Source: Anthoceros angustus
Lineage: Eukaryota > Plantae > Anthocerotophyta
Length of the DNA stretch: 64,000 nt
Assembly: GCA_010909165.1 (NCBI GenBank)
Contig: MU008205.1
Span: 346,130 to 410,129, forward strand
Reading direction: 5' to 3'
A model generated the notes under the pieces. That model saw nothing but the letters and a program-made list of their open reading frames with translations, had not been told where the DNA came from and did not search any database. This document shows positions 37,450 to 50,500 of this stretch, piece by piece. Numbering within the stretch: position 1 is the stretch's first letter; each line of letters opens with the position of its first letter. The position numbers and the translations under genes are program-made.

Positions 37450-38300
37450 CCAGGAATTCGAGCGCGACGCGCAAAATCCAGATCCACAAACGGCATGCGC
37501 AGGAGCGCTGGAGCTGGAGCCGGCATCCATTTCGTTGGGTTGAACCTGTCTTCCTTATAAAGCTTACTTTTTTCCCAAGCGGCGCCGAGCCCTGTTTCTC
37601 TGCTCGGAACGAGCTGGTACCTGCAGCACTGAGCCCTGTCAGCGTCGGCAGCGTTGGTGAACTCTATGTGCAGCCAAGGCATCCACGACACGCTCAGCGC
37701 TAGTTGGACGAGGCGGCAGGCCCAGCAACTGCTTCCCCAGGGGCTTCAAAATCGAAGGCATCATATATGGGCTTCATAAGCTTTGAAATCAAAAGCATCA
37801 CAGGCACCACAGGCTTCGAAATCGAAGGCATCATTGGCATCATGGGCCTGGGATGTCCGACATATGAGGTCCCAGTCCTTCAACTCCTCTCAACGAAAGC
37901 CAGCACTGCTGAAATGGTAGGGAGCCCGGCCGGCAGCTGCCCAGGAGGAAGACTGTTGGCCAGATTCCCAAGTCTCTTGAAATGGGCCCAGACGCCGCAG
38001 AGGGCCCTCCGCCACACTCCTTGGCGCCGCAAACGTGCATACCTGCAGCGCTTCGCATCCGATCGACTGAAGTCTCAAGTACCGCATCTCTTGATCACCA
38101 CCTTCATCACTACCAGCTTCCAATGATCACTCTCCCTCTTGGCACCCCCCTTACCAGCCATCCTTTCCTTCTTCACTACCTGCTTCGAATTCTCATTCTT
38201 CCTCTTGGCAACCCCCTAGTTACCAGCCATGCTTTCCTCCTTCACTGCCTGCTTCGAGTTCTGTCTTCCAATTCCTCTTGGCATCCCCCTTACCAGCCAT
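37450..38300 (-). pseudogene. SKP1-like copy D (degenerate, start region triplicated)
   Basis: EMRYLRLQS...APRSVAEGPLRRLGPFQET; AERVVDALAA; tggatgccggctccagctcc shared with copy A; start context gtgagcATGgctggtaagg identical to copy A. Confidence 0.7.
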
Positions 38301-38899
38301 GCTCACGCTTTATACACAGTCCCCGACTTAAGGCAGACAGCACACAGCATTAGCGCGGGCCGTGGCCACCACCGCGCCAGGAGATTGCAAGGGAACAAGA
38401 ATCAATGGGGGTACGAAGTATGGCTGCCTCGATCGTGATGAAACAAACATCGATATACCCTCAGCATTGCATATTTAGCCGCATATGTAGCCGATAGCTC
38501 CTTGGCTCACGACAACAACTGCCATACTCCCGGTATCAGCTAATGGCTCAAAATACTTCCAGTATTTGAGAATCCGGAGGATATCTCATGCACGGCAGTC
38601 ACCACTCCCGTTTCTCCTTGGCCCTTGGCCTTCGAAGCGCCGGCCCCATAGGTTATATGGACATCCATACCACCTTCACTACAACAAGGCAGCACAGTTT
38701 ATGACGGGGACGGAATGACGCCGATTGTTGTTGAGCGTCGTTGCTACGCCGTTTCCGCGGTCTATGTTATGGAAGAATGTGAGCGGGTTAGGAAGTAACC
38801 GCGCAAAAAACGACGCCCAATGTAAGCGTCGATCTTCGCGAGTTTATCCGGTCACACATGACTTTGCGAATGGGATTAAACGCCACATTACTGGATATC

Positions 38900-39558
38900 G
38901 GAAGCCAGCGCAGGGTAAACGGTAAACTCTGTGCTCATCCCTATCCGCGGCGGCAGCCCTGGTGTCCTCAAAGTCCAGAACGAAGTCATCCACGTCCCGC
39001 TGATTCGAACGAGCGGGCGCCACCACCTGCAATCGCCTGGGGTGCAATCGAATCCCTCCGAAAAGCTTCCCAGGCAAAGCCTGCCTGTTGCATGAGGTCC
39101 CAGATCTCAAACTCCTGCGCAGCGACAGCCACCTGGCGGAGTTGGGTTCCTTGGACTGATTGGAGCAATCTGTGGATGTTCGCCTCTCGGTCTTCCCTTC
39201 TGCTGTTAACTACGCTAAAGCAGGAGTGCGCTGCAAGCACCTTCAGCGTTGCAACCGTAGCGACCTCAGCCGGCAGCTGCCTAGGAGGAAGACTGTTGGC
39301 CAGTTCCCGAGTCTCTTGGAATTGACCCAGACGCCCCAGAATGCCGTCCGCCACACTCCTTGGCGCTACAAGCATGCATTCCTGCGCAGGCTCCTCTAGA
39401 TCTCCCTCTATGGATGCGATCGACATCAACTTCAAGTAGCGAAGCTCAGCGCTGTCCTCCTTCACTATTTGCTTCCCACTCTTCCTCCCTTCCTCTTCCT
39501 CTTGCCTCTTCCTCTTGAACCCCGCTTTATTAGCCATGCCTTTCACTACCTGCTTCAT
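38900..39558 (-). pseudogene. SKP1-like copy E (internal deletion and frameshift)
   Basis: AELRYLKLMS...APRSVADGILGRLGQFQETRELANSLPPRQLP...LRQVAVAAQEFEIWDL, then NQRDVDDFVL in the next frame. Confidence 0.7.
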
Positions 39559-40112
39559 ACTCTTCCACTCTTTCTCTTCCCTCCTCCTCTTGCACCCCGC
39601 CTTATTAGCTCATGCTCATGCTTCAGGCAGTCAGCGACCCGTGGCCGTGGCCGTCACCACGGTTGAGAAATCTCTATTGCAAGGGAACAAGAATAAGTGG
39701 GGCACCAAGTATGGCTGCCTCTTAATAAACAAACATCAAATCTCAAACATTTCACCGGGGAGGGGACGTAGGAGAAGGCCTTATCCTACATGCAGGCGCA
39801 GGGTGTCAAGCTCTCTTGCAGCGTAGTGGAAGATCCTTCTCGCCCAATGCTATTACTTTTAGCTCCCCAACCATAGCACATATAGACCAGGATAGACCTC
39901 CAATTAACTAGTTCTCCGGCTATAGGTCCCAGCTTCTCTCGGACCTGGCATGTCCATCATCCCCGTTTACAATGGGGCAACGGACCTCCCTTGGGTGTGG
40001 CCTTCAGCGCGACGTTTCCCTTTTATAAAGATAAAAGCCTTGTCACTCAGTAATTCAAAGTGCACAAGCCGAAGTCTCCTGTGAACTTGTGAGCGTAAAT
40101 TTCATCTTCAGC

Positions 40113-40330
40113 CAAAAACATTACGCATAAGGTTCCCGCCTCGGTGAAAAACAAGTGATTCTCAACGATGCATATATAGCTAATAGTTCCTTGGCTCACG
40201 AAAACAAGCGGAAATTTCGGCTTCAACAAGAAAAAACATTACATATAAGGTTCCCGCCTCGATGAAAAGCAAGTGATTCTAAACGATGTATATATAGCTG
40301 ATAGTTCCTTGGCTCGCAGAAACAAGCCCT
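40113..40330. repeat. ~118 bp tandem duplication
   Basis: aaaaacattac...aaggttcccgcctcg...aagtgattct...tagttccttggctc occurs twice. A partial third copy lies near 38485-38520. Confidence 0.75.
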
Positions 40331-40779
40331 CGGTCTTTGGTTACAAGCGGTACGAGTAATACTCAATCCTTATTCTACGAATTAAAAATAATAAAATATG
40401 CATTAAAAATAAATAAAAATAGACAGTGAAAGAAAAAACGAACCTCAAGATACAATATAGCCCATAGGTCCTTGATTATCAGTCCAAGAGCTTGTCTTCA
40501 TGAACCACAGAAAATAGAAGTTGAAATTTCACCAAATAGGAATATAAAAATGATAAATTATAATACATAATATATATAATAAATTAAAATATAATTCGCA
40601 TATTCCTATGATCAAGTTCTCTGCATAGACTCTCAAGTGCACACTCATGAACAGCCCAGCTAGTTATGTGCGCGAGACCAAACTTCCATATCACACTTTA
40701 TCCGTGTAAGTTTCTAAGCATTAAGAGTTTTCTGCCATGACATCGCCTTCATTCTCAAGTGGCAAGTGTAGGGCTTGAG

Positions 40780-42345
40780 ATGAGAAGCACTACCAAGGAA
40801 GTACAAACAATAGAAGCTTGGAGAATGAGAATGCATTCCTCTTTAAGGTCATTGGGTGCCCCATTGGTTGACAACTCATGAGGCCACTACTCATCCGTCG
40901 GGATTGTGACAAACCTCCATCTCAGTCTCAAGGTGCACCATTGACAAGATCTCATGATGTGCACTAGATACTTCTTGCTTAACATTCCTTTCGTGCGCCT
41001 TGGACAATGTTTGGGTGGGCAGCAACTATGTTATACGCTTGAAAAAACATATCTCTATTACTCCAAGACGCACGATACATACTTACCCATTATATTCTTG
41101 ATCCATTGTTCATTTATACAATGGTGCGAGACTTCACATCTACACGCACTTCATTGGATTTCATCCACTCTAGACCTAAGATAACATCATGGTCATCCAT
41201 GTCTACAACTATGAAACTCATGTATCCTTCCCACGCTTCTATTTGCAGCTTTACTCCATGCAATTCACCCAAGAAAAACAGAGTTCCTTTAGCTTGCTTG
41301 ATTTCATATGACGCGGAAGTACTAGCCCATTCTAGCCCAAGCTCTTTCACCTTGCGAGGAGTTATGAAATTGTGGGTGGCGGCAGAGTCCAACAATCACT
41401 CTACTTCTAAGCCATTCATCTTCCCACATATATACCTAAGGGCTCCACCTTCCCTCAAAATAGTGTCATCCTTGACACTAGATGACTCACCACATGTACA
41501 ACAACATGTGGCCACGCCATCATTTGGCTCGCAGAAAGCTCCGAATCCTAAATCCTCGAGCTTGAGGATTGGTGGCTATCAAATTTAGTTGGGAATTCCC
41601 AAGATGCGACAATCTTTCGCAAATGTCCTTGCTCCACAATCAAGCACGCACAAATTGAGGGCCTCTGCCCTTGGCTTCCACGGCCACGACTCTATTTCCT
41701 CTTCCTCTCCTCTACCAACATTTTCATTTGTTCCAATATGCCCAAGGTTGGTGGCTCTTCCTCCTCTTGATCTTCCTTGAAAAGATCTTGGATACCTTCC
41801 TCCGAAAGACACCGGTGCTTCCTCGGCACGACTTGTGTCAGGTATCGCATCTGCAGCTACAATAGCCTCTCGCACAGTTTGAGGTTTTGTCATTTGAATT
41901 CTATCCAGAGCCCACCTCTTAATACCACTATAAAATCTGTGGAGCTTATCCACCTCTTGCATATCAGGGCATCGTAAAACAGTTGTGCTAAATTTACTCA
42001 CATAGTGCCGCAACATTCCTGTGTGTTTCACATTCTCTAGCATCCTTCTTGCTAGCATAGATGCATTAGTTGGCTGGAATTGAAGTTGCAGTGCATCTTT
42101 GAATTCTGTCCAAGTGGGAATAGTTTCCACTCTATTACCATGTTCAATACTCTGAACATAAGTTTTCCACCACGTAACAACGTACCCTTCTAAGAAGTTA
42201 ACAATGTGATCTAGATACTCTTCCTGCGAAATCCTCTACGACAGAAAGTATCCTTCCAATGAGAAAAACCACGAATTGATTTTCTCCACATCTCGTTCAC
42301 CCTTACACCTATCTGGTGGTTGAACGCTTAACTTCTTGCTCCACT
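40780..42345 (-). mobile_element. Degenerate Ty3/gypsy gag-protease fragment
   Basis: Gag TWTEFKDALQLQFQP...YVSKF...KLHRFYSGIK and protease LLDSAATHNFI...DVILGLEWM, with stops. Confidence 0.85.
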
Positions 42346-43099
42346 CTTTTCTGGCTCTACTCTAAACCAGATTTTCAATAGCCTAGCTCTATTGCTCAAA
42401 ATGGTAGGCTACGGTATATTGCTGTGTGATAGTTTCTTAGCCTGTGTCCCAATGTGAGTAGTAGATGTCTCATTGAAACTATGCATTATCCAAGCTCTAT
42501 AGTTTGCAAGATTAAAAGCGCAGTGGCATCCGGAAGTCAAAGTTAACAAACGAGCACCGGCTGGACAATTAATATGAATTTCTTTCTGGGAGCGCACAAC
42601 TGACTCACAAATGTGCTTCTATCTGTTGCATTATTTAATGTAGACCAGCTGACGCTAATAACGGTGAGCTGTGTTTAGTGCTGTAAATGCGCATAGATAG
42701 AAACTGAATACTTTCAGACTCAAAACTCGATTTCGATGACTCCCAGCTTGCTACATTTTTCAAAGCTGTAGCTTTCAACACCTCCTAAACTCAAAAATGA
42801 CTAGAAAATATTTCCATTTGGCGAAGGCAAACCCTGGACAGGCTGGATGATGAATTTGATTGAGCATCAACAGGTCGACCAAGAGGAAGTCCGGTTGCAT
42901 AAGACGAATTTTCCGGTGAGGGTCGTCGCCAGTAGCTACAATGGCGACAATTATTTCGGGACCGTCCCAACAGGCCCTTTGGATAAACAAATTTTCAAAT
43001 GGGGAGATCCCGATGATGCTTTGCCCTGCTAGCCCCGGTGAGCACCGGTCTTCCTCGTATTCAATATGGCCAACCAATATGGGAAGCTCTGGGTTCGAG

Positions 43100-43710
43100 G
43101 TCCTGGAACATGAGACTTCTCTCTTCTCTGCCACCATGACTTCCAAGGTGGCCAAGCTCCAGCGGGCTTGCTAGAGAAATCCTGTGCAAGTGGAGGTGTC
43201 CAGCAAGTACTCCACGGTGGACACGTTCAAGCAGGAGTACCTGCTTGTGCCTGCCAAGGAGCAGGACGCCTTCCTTGTTTATATCCTGAACGAGATGACT
43301 GGCATTACCACCATGGTGTTCACCAGGACTTGCGAGGCCACCAGGAAGCTAGCCTTGGTGCTCCAGAATTTAGGGCTGGAAGCTATGCCTATCAGCTGCC
43401 AGCTGATGAGCCAGCCCAAGAGGTTAGGTGCCTTGAGTAAGTTTGAGGCAGGTGAGCGCAACACCTTGATATGCACTGATGTTGCTAGTAGAGGGCTCGA
43501 CATTCCTTCTGTCGATGCCTTGATGAAGTATGACATTCCCACCAGCTCCATGGACTACATTCGTCTAGTCGGAAGAACAGCAGTGCAAGCAGATCGGATC
43601 GGGCTACTTCTCTCATCACTCAGTATGATAGGAAGCTCCATCTTCAAATTGAGAAGCTCCCCAAGTACTCGGCAGAGCAGGATGAGGCCTCACCGCTATA
43701 GACGTAGGTA
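43100..43710 (+). pseudogene. Processed pseudogene of a DEAD-box helicase DDX47/RRP3 (RH10-like), C-terminal half
   Basis: LFSATMTSKVAKLQRAC*RNPV, KYSTVDT, VFTRTC, TDVASRGLDIPSVD, DYIRLVGRTA. No introns, and a premature TAG at 43172. Confidence 0.85.
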
Positions 43711-43778
43711 GACATGCGCAAGGATCGGGCATCACTTGTGCGTGTGTAGGTAGCTGGTAGCAAAGCCAATTTTACGGA

Positions 43779-44282
43779 TGTAATAAAGGCACTGCCTTGG
43801 GAGCAGTATAAGAGGGGGTTTGCCGTCCCTGTAATGTGATTTTCCTTTGGGGTTGATACCACGTTGTGCATACAGGCTCCTGTGAGCCAAGTGCTAGAGT
43901 GAGGCCTGAGTCACCGAGCGGATAGACTACTTCGGAGAGGACTATCCAGGTTCTGGTGATGAACCCCCTAATGTGTGGAGGTGATTGCAGGTGTGGAGGA
44001 GTCACACGCCTCTTCAAGAGCGGACATGACTACGCAGAGGACCGAGAAGCCCGTCACCAGAGAGGGCGTGTAGAGCCCGGATTGGTCGGACCTGCGGAAG
44101 TGAACGTGGAGGCAGAGCCCGGCCTTCATAGGTCACAGTGCTCTCGCCTCTCCAGCACGGCTCAGACTCTCGCCTCTGCTGTGCTCAAGGCTCATTTTCA
44201 AGGCCACAGCTCCGACTCACAAGCTCTCACAGTGCTCATAGGCTCTCACCGCCACAGCTCACACACTCTTGCAGGCTCAAAA

Positions 44283-44380
<98 letters not shown>

Positions 44381-44908
44381 TAAACATACAAACATAGAAG
44401 CCATTCTCCACACACACTCAAACAAACATGGGGCCATTCCCGGACACACATAAAGGGACATTCCCACAAAAAGGTATCGATTAATTTCTAAGAGTTTCTA
44501 AGGAGCAACTAAAAGAAAGCACCAAACTAGAATTCCTCGCTCCTTGATCTCTTCAAATTGGACTTGATTGAAGCCTCATTTCCCTTCCTCTTCATGCTCT
44601 TCACCCTTGATGACTTGAGCTCTTTGGCGTAGTCCACCTAGCTTCACGAGGCGTTGAGCTTCAAGTTCCCGCCGGCCCGCCTATGAGAGGCCATGAGATT
44701 GAAAAACTTTTCCTGCATTTAGAGAGGGATACCTCAACCTCTTCAAATTCTTCCACCTCTTCCACGAGATGGAGTGGTTCAACTTCAACAAGTACTTCAT
44801 CGTGGCTTGCCACACCGATCGACCACACTTGGGGAGGTTAAGGCTTCCCACCCGAGGAGGGCGCCACCCGATTCGCAAGAATCGAATATGTTACCAAGCG
44901 GTGTTACA
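43779..44908. mobile_element. Probable solo LTR
   Basis: TGTAA...TTACA inverted termini, imperfect flanks ACGGA/ACAAA, non-coding interior with a (CA)n tract. Confidence 0.45.
44285..44378. repeat. (CA)47 microsatellite
   Basis: Perfect CA run. Confidence 0.98.
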
Positions 44909-45403
44909 ACAAATGACTTGAAAGATCTTCTATAAGAACTACGGAGGAGAAAGATCCTCACTTAACCCGGCTTCAATCTAGGCACCAAATTTTCACAAAA
45001 CCAGCCGTCATCGTCCACTTGCTTGCGCTCCAATGCCAGTATTACGGCTCCTATGGCAAATCCAAAATGCAGAGTTAAAATGGGAGGACAATCAAAACTT
45101 GCAAGGACATCAAATCAAAATCTTACCATCCAAATCATCATCTTTGTAACTAGCATCCTTGAGGTCCTGCCACAATTGTTTGGCACAAATTCTCGGGGTT
45201 GGAGCCAAATGCTTCGGATGAGGAAGATTGGCAGCCGTCCAATATGTTTCAAGTTTTATTATCCAATTTCCCGGCCTTCTTGCCACAGCCTCTGTCTCTT
45301 GCTCCATAGGACGTCTACCAAAGAGTTAGTAAAACCGATTTGTAAACTTCACAACTGTGCTCGGAGATCTTCCATCTCCCGGATGCTGGCCTCCCTCTCT
45401 TCT

Positions 45404-46025
45404 TCACGGCTTGCTGCACGCCGCCGCCTTCAGTTGGAAGCCGCCGTTCCCGCCTCTCCCTCCACGCTTGGGGTCCCGCGGTAGTGGTCCTCGTCTGCTG
45501 CTGCCTCGGCCTGCCCCCTTCACGTGAGCCTCCCAGGCTTGGTGTTGCTCCTGCCGAGCCGTCTCGGCTAGGTCCTTAGCCCTTTCCGCCTGCCTTCGGG
45601 CTTCCTTTGCCTCCTCCTGGGCCGCTTCCCTCTGTTTGCAAAGGTCCTCCGCCTTTGCTCGTGCCTCCTGCGCTTGCTTCAGCTGTTCACACAGCTGAAG
45701 GATCTTGGCCCGGTCTTGTTGGGTGGACCTTGCCTCCGACTCCGCCGCCCTGCGCTTCTCCTCCTCGATTCTTGCGAGGGTCTCCGCCTTCCTCTTGGCC
45801 GCTTGGACCGCCTCCGCGACCACAGGCTCCACCACTCCGCCCGCCTCCTCCTCCATTCTTGCGAGGTCTCCGCCTTCCTCTCGGGGTTGCGACGGGCTCG
45901 GGGTGGCTGCCGCGATGTCCTCCGCCCGGCCGCATCCTCTCGCCTCCCTTACGGCCTCCTCGCCTTCGACACTCCGCCTGGGGGCAAGGGACCGTGCGGT
46001 CTGGCGCCGCTTGGTGGAGGCCTGT
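45404..46025 (-). pseudogene. GC-rich coiled-coil ORF fragment of a retrotransposon accessory gene
   Basis: E/A/K/R-rich heptads (LARIEEEKRRAAESE...EAKEARRQAERAKDLAE), similar in character to the 1-4239 family. Confidence 0.4.
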
Positions 46026-47382
46026 GCTCGAGGCTTCACGCAAGTTGCAGGCCTTGACTATCAGGAGACTTTTTCTCCAGTCGTTCGTGCTCAGTCTCTT
46101 CGCCTTATCTTTGCCCTTGCAGCTGAGTATGATCTTGAATTATAGCAGATGGACGTGTGCACTGCTTTCTTGCACGGCATTCTTGAGGAAGAACTGTTCA
46201 TGGAACAACCAGAAGGTTATGCGGATTCTGCACACCCCGACTACGTGTGTCAGCTCGTTAAATGTATATATGGTTTAAAGCAAAGTGCTGAACGCTGGTA
46301 CAAACGATGTGACAAGGCTCTCAAAGCCCTTGATTTTCGTCAATGTGCAGCAGATTCTAATGTATATGTCCTACAGAAAGGTGCAACTTACGTGATTCTT
46401 GCCCTTTATGTGGACGACGTGATCCTTGCCGCCAATGATACAGCCCTGCTAGCACAAGTCAAAAACATGTTAGGACAAACTTTCCAAATGACTGATAGTG
46501 GAGACCTTCTATTCTGTTTAGGTATTCAAGTGTTGAGGGTTCGTTCTGAGGGGCTGCTCGTTATCCATCAACACAAATACATAGCAGAAATTCTACACAT
46601 GTTCAACATGGGCCAGGCTCATCCAACTACCCCAGTGTGGTGCAAAGCTCACACGATATGAGTGTTTCACCACGTGTTTAATAATCGGACATGCAGGACG
46701 TTCCATACCGTCATGTTGTTGGAAGCCTAATTTTTGTTAGCAATCGACACGCCCGTATCCAACACTCGGCCAAGACAAGATCACGCTTTTGAGCATCCGT
46801 TGTACATCGACCGTTAAACGTATCTTCCGCTATCTAAAAGGGACACATTACACAGGGCTCTGCTATAGGAGCAGTGGACAAGGGCACTTATCTTTACAGG
46901 GCTTCACCGACGCAGACTGGGCTTCAGACAGTGATTCTCGTAAAAGCTTGTCAACGTATGCTTTTCTCCTATCCCAAGCTGCTCTCAACTCGAGCTGCAA
47001 AAAGCAGACCAGTATTGCCCTGTCCAGCACAGAGGCTGAATATAAGTCCTTAACAGATGCCACAAAAGAAGTTGAATGGGAACGTGCTTTCCTCCAAGAC
47101 ATTGGTGAATCACAGGAAGGACCCACTCACCTCTTTTGCGACAATCAATCTGCCGTTGCCCTGGTTGCCAACCCTCACTTTCATGCTCGTACGAAACACA
47201 TAGAAGTACACCACCATTACGTTAGGGATGCTGCTGAGAGGGGGATAGTCAAGATTCTCTATGTCCCCACAGAGGAAAACACAGCAGACATCCTAACAAA
47301 GGCACTACCCAAGGACAAACATCTGAAACACATGGAGGGACTAGGTCTGATTGACTATCAGCAGTACTTCAAGCCAAAGTGA
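46025..47382 (+). mobile_element. Ty1/copia RT-RNase H fragment
   Basis: ARGFTQVAGLDYQETFSPV, *QMDV.TAFLHG, IYGLKQS, LYVDD, FTDADWA, SSTEAEY, ARTKHIE. Confidence 0.92.
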
Positions 47383-47550
47383 AAGGAGCATTTACGGGTG
47401 AGGTCTTCCGTCCTCATATGTTGTTGTTTTCTCTAGCACTCTGTCCGCTCGGACACCGCGATCACGGCTGATGGAGGGTTAGTTGATGGTAACAACAGCA
47501 ACATCAAGCTCAGCAACAGGTGGATGAAGCTCCATGACAACCTAATCACC

Positions 47551-50500
47551 TTAATTGCTGCTTACTCCCGCTCCGCTCATGCCCGTGTTTTCTAAAAACT
47601 GGCTCACGTTGCTTACAGCCCGACCGATATCAAGTCTAGTCCATCCAGCCAAGTAAAGCAAGCACCCAACTGCCTGTCTGTAGGGAATTCTAGACATCTC
47701 AAGTTTCTCTTCTTCTGTGGATGGACATTGCTCTTTAGAGAGCTTCTCTCCCACTGCCATGGGTGTAGCTACGGGTTTAGCATCTTCTAACTTGAACCTT
47801 TTTAACAGCTGCTTAACCTTGATGAATATCTATGGAATGTTCAGAATGGTTGAAGTGAAACTGGACACCTAATGAGAATGAGAGTTCACCTAAATCTGAC
47901 ATCTCAAACCTAGATAGCAGGACCTTTTTAATCCTTTCCAACAAAGGAACAGAAGTACTAAAAAGGATATTGTCATCTACGTATACTGTCAGAATAAGAA
48001 AAACTGGCCCATCCCACAGAATATAAACACTAGTGTCTGCATCAAGAGGCACGAAACCTAATTCTATGAGCACCTGATGGAAGACTTCATTCCATGCTCT
48101 GGATGACTGTTTCAACCCATACAGTGTTTTCAAGAGCTTGAGTACCTTGCCGGGATCCTTGATATACCCTTCTGGTTGTGATATATAGATGTCTTCTTCA
48201 AGTAGTCCATGGAGGAAGGCAGTCTTAACGTCGAGTTGGTGAACTGTGAGATTAAAATGGGTTGCAAGTGCTAGGAGAATTCTTACAGACGTGGACTTCA
48301 CTACTGGAGCAAAAGTCTCATTGAAGTCTAAGCCTGGCACTTGGCTGTATCCCTTGGCAACTAACCTAGCTTTGTATCGACCTACGCTACCATATGTGTT
48401 TAGTTTCTTTTTAAAAATCCACTTGCAATCTACAGGCTTACGACCAGCTGGGAGGTGTACAAGACTCCATGTATTATTTTCTATCAAGGATGCATATTCA
48501 GAATCTATGGCTGCCTTCCACTGCTCAGCTTCTGGACCTATTACAGCTTCTAAGTAGGTGGCTGGCTCATAGAGAGAAGAAGCAACGCTAAGTACATAAG
48601 CAAGAGATAGAGGGTATGTAGATGCAACACCTGCTACATAGTCTGGTTGCCATTCACTATAGTGACGACGTACTCTAGATGAACGACGAAGAGAGGGAGC
48701 TTCTGCGGGTTCATGTGCAGCTAGCTGGTGATCAACACCATCACTAGCTTCATCTACAGCAGCAGAAGGAGTAACTGCACCTTCATCAGTAGTTGGAGCA
48801 ACTACTGGTTGCACAGGTTGTTGTTGTTGCTCAGGTTGATGATGTTGCAGGTCTGCCCCCACTGAAGCCTGAAGCTCATCCTCGTCGTCAAAAATGGTAA
48901 CATCATCGTGGTCGACAGAGTCTTCAGTATCAAGCACACCATGATAGGAAAGACCTTCTTCGGGGGCTTGAGGAAGAGACTGGCGAGTATGTCGTCGAAG
49001 GAGAGCTTGCTCATGAAACACCACACTACGAGATATGGTAAGTGTCCGGTTGGCAGGGTCAAAGAGCTTATATCCCTTTACCTCATCAGAATACCCAACA
49101 AAAATTCGACGATGTGCTTTGGGATCTAGCTTGGTGCGCAACTCAGCAAGAATAAGAGCATATGCGGGAGATCCAAACACTCGTAAATGAGAAATTCTAG
49201 GTTTCTTGCCAGTCCACCTCTCGTATGGAGTGATAGAGCCAAGCTCCTTACTTGGGAGTCGATTCTCAATGTAGTTGGTGGCCAAGAGAGCCTCAGCCCA
49301 GTACCCACGCGAAAGGCCAGCAAACAGCAGACTTACCAAAGTTGCCTCTTGTAGCGTGCGATTCTTCCTTTCAGCTAAAGAGTTCTGTGAAGGAGTATAG
49401 GGCACTGTGAATTGGTGTTTGATCCCTTCAGCCTCACAGAAATCCTTGAAATCATTGCTGGTGTATTCTCCACCATTGTCGGTGCGGAGAATACGAACTT
49501 TGGCTCCTGTATGCCGCTGAGCGTGTCTGACAAAGGATTGAAAATATTCCAGTGCTTCACTCTTGTATTTGAGTAGATAGACTGTGGAGTATCGGCTCCA
49601 TTCGTCTATAAATGTGATGAAGTAACATGCTCCTCCAAAGGATGGAGTTGAGATTGGCCCACATATCTCACTGTGAATTGTCTCCAACAGGCTGGTGGCT
49701 CGAGTTGGTTCCTTATCAGAAAATGGCTGTGAATGAGCCTTGCTCATCTCACATGAATCACAGAAAGGATCATCTATGTGGGTAAACTTAAAAGAATCCC
49801 TATAACTCCCACTATTTACTAAGGAGGAAAGACGCTAGAAATTCACATGGCCAAGGCGACAATGCCATAATTGCATAGTGGAAGGAGGTTGGACCATATT
49901 TGCAAAGGGTGAACTAGGTGGGACAGATTTAACATTCAGCATGTACAGGTCGTTAAAGGGTTGACCTGAAAACAATTCTTGACCAGAAGATACATGTGTA
50001 ATGCGGCAACCACTATGATCAAAACAAGTCTGACACATGTGCTCTTGAGAGAGCTTTAAAACAGACATCAGATTTTTGGTCATAGAGGGAACATAGAGTA
50101 CTCCAGTAAGAATCATGCTATCCAAGTTGGGAAGTTGAATGATGACTGATCCACATCCTTTTATAGAGAGGCCACTATCATCTCCCAGAAGTACAAACAG
50201 TTTATTAGATGCAGGCTCAAAGACAGAAAAAGGACGTCTATCATGACAGATGTGGTTGGTAGCCCCAGAGTCTAAAAACCAAGTATCCTTTTGAACTGAA
50301 ATGGAAGACAAACAAGTTGCTAGAATGGTTGGTGACTTAGCTTTGGAGAGAGCAAGGTTTGATTCTGGGTTGGGAGTATCTCTACGTGGCTCACCTTTCT
50401 TTTCTTTACGCAATCCGCTCAAGTGTCCGGGAACTGCACCGATATATGAAGGATTTCTTCTGAGTGTTGAGGAAACTGCGTCAGGTGATGGATAGCCCGA

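Noticed and set aside
43853-43861. tgatacca as a reverse Met PBS
   Set aside because: Only 8 nt match and the adjacent GAGC part is missing. It lies inside the putative solo LTR.
43956-44469. ORFs with HTHT or VCVC runs
   Set aside because: These are translations of the (CA)n microsatellite.
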